64,000 nucleotides of DNA from NCBI RefSeq assembly GCF_963506605.1, contig NC_083276.1, forward strand, positions 75,454,001-75,518,000, written 5' to 3'. Below the pieces are notes generated by a model that searched no databases, was not told the origin of the DNA, and was given only the letters and a program-made list of their open reading frames with translations. Shown here piece after piece: positions 60,023 through 64,000 of the stretch (its first letter is position 1; each line of letters starts with the position of its first letter). The position numbers and the translations under genes are program-made. This DNA is from Zootoca vivipara. Its lineage: Eukaryota.

Positions 60023-62323
60023 TACCATAAACACAGTGTTCCAAAATATCTAGCTGTGCTGACTGGATATAACTTTCAAATGAGGGCTGGTTTTTTGACA
60101 GAGTCGGGATTGTTTTTGGTGGGGAGGCACAGGAGCGAGGAGAGAAGACAACTTCTCACAGTGCATCATTGTTTTAGTGAATTCACTGCCGCAAGTTGTG
60201 GAGATGGCCCTTTGTTTAGATAGATTTAAAAGGGAATTTGGCCAAATGTATGGAGGAGAGGTCTACCAATGGCAGTCACAATGGCTGTGTGGAATCTCCA
60301 GATGGCAGTAGTATACCACTGAGGAATATCAGAACTGCCTTCAAGCTCCACTTCTGGGCTTCCAGAAGAATCTGGGTATGCATTGTGGGAAGTTGAAAGC
60401 AGGATTGAATTGACCTTTGGGGCATGTTCCAGCAGGGCTGCCTTACATTTTAACATTAATGGTTGTATTTGCGGCTGCTGTTTTTATTTATTTCATAAAA
60501 TTTACACACTGCTTGATTGTGAAAAACCTCAAAGTGTTTTACAAAAAGACTTAAGTCTGGATGAAATTCAGAAGAACAGGTTGCAGTCCTATGGCTGTAC
60601 CCATATATAGCAGGGTGACTTTGAGTCATGGCGATTGTTATGGCTCATGAAATGTCCCTTCATGCATGCACACAGCAATTTGTATGCACATTATGTGTAT
60701 TTTAGATTACCGGATAAACTGAGGATATTTCAGCTGGAGAAACTAAGCACCAGCTAGCTTATGGGCTTAATCACTTATACGAATGAGACCCTTCAAATCA
60801 GCATAGAATATTCACAGAAAATTAGGCCTTCTCTTTAGGTGTGTTTGAAAAAGGAGACAAAAATCAGCAGAAATTATGTTAAAAGCCTGTATGAGGGAGC
60901 AGCAGGTAATGTTCACCTCTCTCTTTTCTCTTCCATGCTGAATTGCTTTAGTTTTATGCTCGCTATTTTAACGTTTATTTGGGTAATACCTGAAATGGAA
61001 ACTTCTTTGCCTCTTAAAAGAAGTCATCCGCTTGGTAGCATGCAGAGCTTTTCTTCCCTCTTCACCAAAGGGCATCTGTTTCTTTGTCATCTTTCTTTTA
61101 AAATTTTGAGATGAGCTCCAAATGGGCAGAGGCAGCAGTTAAGGAGCAAGGTTAATTCCATGTACGAAGCTGCTGAGCTATTACATTGTATTAAGCAATC
61201 TCATTTTATACCGTGCATGCCCTCAGATAACTGTCCCCTGTATAATGGTGGTTCTGGGAATGTCATGAGTCAGATAATTGATAGTGGTTTGCTTCCAATG
61301 TGAAGATTGCACTCTCCTATTGAGCAGCTACCCCCCACCTTTTTGCATTAATCTTTGACCTCACTTTCAAAAAAACACAAACATTTCAGTGAAAGGGTAT
61401 ATTTCATCATAGGGTATAATGATATCTTTAATGTATCCCACATATAGTTTTGCTATTCAAGCCCATTGACTCAGTTTTTCATTCTGTATCTTATGGTATC
61501 ACTTTTAGAGAGGAATTTGCTTGGCTTTCGTGGAAAAAGCCCAACACATATTATACACAAACTCTTCTGTATTTAAACTAATTATTCCCTTGGTTTTCTT
61601 TTTTTAATAAAAGGTTGATCCAATTATTCCCTAGCTATAAAAAAAGAAAAGAAAAAAGGTTGGTCTAATCAGGTTTAAAGACCAATTAGATCTAGAGGTC
61701 AATGAAATTTGCCCAGCAGAAATTCCTTACCAAGTGTTTTCCTGTTTTGAAATTATGTATTATTTTTTGCTAGGTACCAGTAAAGCGATTAGTTTGATTC
61801 CCTGAGAGAGTTTCCTCTCTTCCCTACCACCTGCCTCTCATTTTATCCGCCATGTCTGATCCAGTTTTTCTCAAATGCTTTTAAGATCAGCTTCCTGGGT
61901 TGCCTTTTCTACCCCCAACCCTGTAATAACCAACTATTTGTTACATCGGTGAATGTGCTAATACCTTTGCACAAAGTTGTGCAACATACATTTCCCACAA
62001 GGAATTGTTAACTTCGAGCCCTGGACTAACACTGGCATTAGAAAAGGAAACTGAACTGGATACCTCAAAGCCCTCCTAAAACCATATCAAAACAGATCAG
62101 CAGCTGTTCCCAAATCAGCTGGAAATGATGGGGCAAGTAGGAAAAGCAGGTACTCCCACAATTCAACATAGTTCACTGAGTGTCCTGTGCTAGGAGGCAT
62201 TCAGCCCACCTGTGTCTTGGTTGCTAGGGGGAGGGCCATCTGCCTTCACATCCTTCCCTTTCCTCAGTTCCTGACCCGCTTCCCACAGGGTTCCATGCCA
62301 GGACTGCTGGGTTGCACTTTAGA

Positions 62324-62538
62324 CATGGGGTCACCAAACCTTTTGGGCCCCTGACACATTTGCAAACCAGAAAAACTGTTGTGGGCACCATACCGACTGC
62401 AGTCAAGCACATACCACACTGGCTATATATTGGCTACAAGCCTAATTTCAGTAGGGTAAGGGGAGCGGAATCTGTGGGCTCCATGGAAGGCCTTTGTGGG
62501 TGGATGTGCACTCACAGGCATGGCACTGACAACCCCTG
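62324..62538. mobile_element. Older hAT-Charlie MITE
   Basis: GGGGTCACCAAAC...GACAACCCCTG ends, flanked by CTTTAGA(C/T). Confidence 0.55.
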
Positions 62539-63055
62539 CTTTAGATTTTGTTAGCATCTCATCTTTTAATTGCAGTGGCATTTGTGGAGAGCTGAGTGAC
62601 ACATTAACCAGGTGTATCTACATGGGCAGTTTCTACAAATCTGCTCCCTAAGTAAACTCCATCTCGTTAGGGCACTTCGATTTAGGATTGATACAGATGG
62701 CTCTCTAATGATGTGATGGCAAATTCCAATTAATTTGCATGCCAGCTGCAGCTTGGAGTGATCCACTGTATACATAACTTTTTTTTTGTAACCCAGTGCA
62801 TATCCAAAGGTGGTTTGCAGCAGTCCTTAAGCTATCTGGCTACGCATTTGGCAGCTACTTCACATAAAAGCGCTCAGAGCAGATGCCAGTGGTGCAAGAA
62901 CTGAGGTGATCTGAACTAGGTGTGAGAGCTTTGGCACTTACATATTCAGATAAAGGATAATTCAATATTTCTCAGGGAGATTGACCAATGTGTCTTTATG
63001 CCTGATGGAGATAGACTGACAGTTGTGACCTTGGTGATGCTGCTGACCATTGTGT

Positions 63056-63248
63056 GTTGTTGTTTAGTCGTTTAGTCGTGTCTGATTCTTCGTGACCCCA
63101 TGGACCATAGCACGCCAGGCACTCCTGTCTTCCACTGCCTCCCGCAGTTTGGTCAAACTCATGTTCGTAGCTTCGAGAACACTGTCCAACCATCTCGTCC
63201 TCTGTCGTCCCCTTCTCCTAGTGCCCTCAATCTTTCCCAACATCAGGG
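63056..63248 (-). mobile_element. RTE-BovB 3' fragment
   Basis: Encodes LMLGKIEGTRRRGRQRTRWLDSVLEATNMSLTKLREAVEDRSAWRAMVHGVTK; (CAA)n tail. Confidence 0.92.
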
Positions 63249-63396
63249 AAAGACTGACCACATGCTAATTCTGTCTGCCCGAAGAAGTGAGAGACTAGTG
63301 GTCACTGTGTCCTTATGCTGTTGCTGCTGGCCTGAAGACTGGGCCTGAAGACCACAAGCTGATGTAATTATTGACATTTTTTAAACTGTCCTTACA

Positions 63397-63750
63397 GGAC
63401 CCAGGTAGCGCTGTGGTTAAACCACTGAGCCTAGGGCTTGCTGATCAGAAGGTCGGCGGTTCGAATCCCTGTGACGGGGTGAGCTCCCATTGCTTGGTCC
63501 CAGCTCCTGCCAACCTAGCAGTTCGAAAGCACGTCAAAATGCAAGTAGATAAATAGGAACCGCTACAGCGGGAAGGTAAACGGCGTTCCCATGTGCTGCT
63601 CTGGTTTGCCAGAAGTGGCTTTGTCATGCTGGCCACATGACCTGGAAGCTATACGCCGGCTCCCTCGGCCAATAATGCGAGATGAGCGCGCAACCCCAGA
63701 GTCGGTCACGACTGGACCTAATGGTCAGGGGTCCCTTTACCTTTACCTTT
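63397..63750 (+). mobile_element. Full-length Sauria SINE
   Basis: tRNA-like head with B-box GGTTCGAATCC, (ACCTTT)n tail, 16-bp TSD TTAAACTGTCCTTACA. Confidence 0.93.
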
Positions 63751-64000
63751 TTAAACTGTCCTTACACCCAAATGTCTCCAGGGTGCTATACAGATGTAAT
63801 TAATAAGATACAGTATGCCAATCTTAATCACATAATCCAGGATGGGGAACCTGTGCCCCCCCCCCAGATGTTGTTTGACTCCAACTCCCACCAGCCCCAA
63901 CCAGCATGTTCAGTAGCAAGGGATGATGGGATTTGTAGTACATCAAAACATGGAGAGCCAGAGGTTTCCTATGCTTGACTTAAGGGAATATTAAGTTAGA

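Noticed and set aside
63397-63480. tRNA-like A/B boxes (also near 32640 and 49340)
   Set aside because: These are SINE heads followed by SINE bodies and tails, with no complete cloverleaf.
51775-64000. Search for the next CHID1 exon (TDQLGMF...MTYDYS-like); candidate acceptor near 61773
   Set aside because: No matching peptide found by eye, so the exon probably lies beyond the window.

Overview
This is vertebrate genomic DNA, almost certainly a squamate lizard (probably a lacertid, judging from the Sauria SINE with an (ACCTTT)n tail, BovB and other lizard-type repeats). It holds two divergently oriented, intron-rich genes. On the minus strand are the first two coding exons of AP2A2 (AP-2 complex alpha-adaptin; exon 1 at 20422-20488, exon 2 at 3583-3651; the gene continues beyond the left edge). 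On the plus strand are seven coding exons of CHID1 (chitinase domain-containing 1/SI-CLP, 34713-51774; the gene continues beyond the right edge), with a probable non-coding first exon in a CpG island near 29.7 kb. Everything else is intron or intergenic sequence dense with transposon relics: hAT and Tigger-like MITEs with clean TSDs, L1, L2, CR1, BovB and Penelope fragments, SINEs and two solo LTRs. Nearly all ORFs in the supplied track are spurious or TE-derived. I found no new protein-coding system. The best leads are regulatory or structural: a 160-bp MITE carrying a compact ETS/ETS/YY1/GC-box cassette, a multiply nested hAT structure with an internal 511-bp duplication between the two promoters, inverted TE pairs around a symmetric CHID1 exon, and hairpin MITEs carrying a ZNF143/THAP11-like motif.
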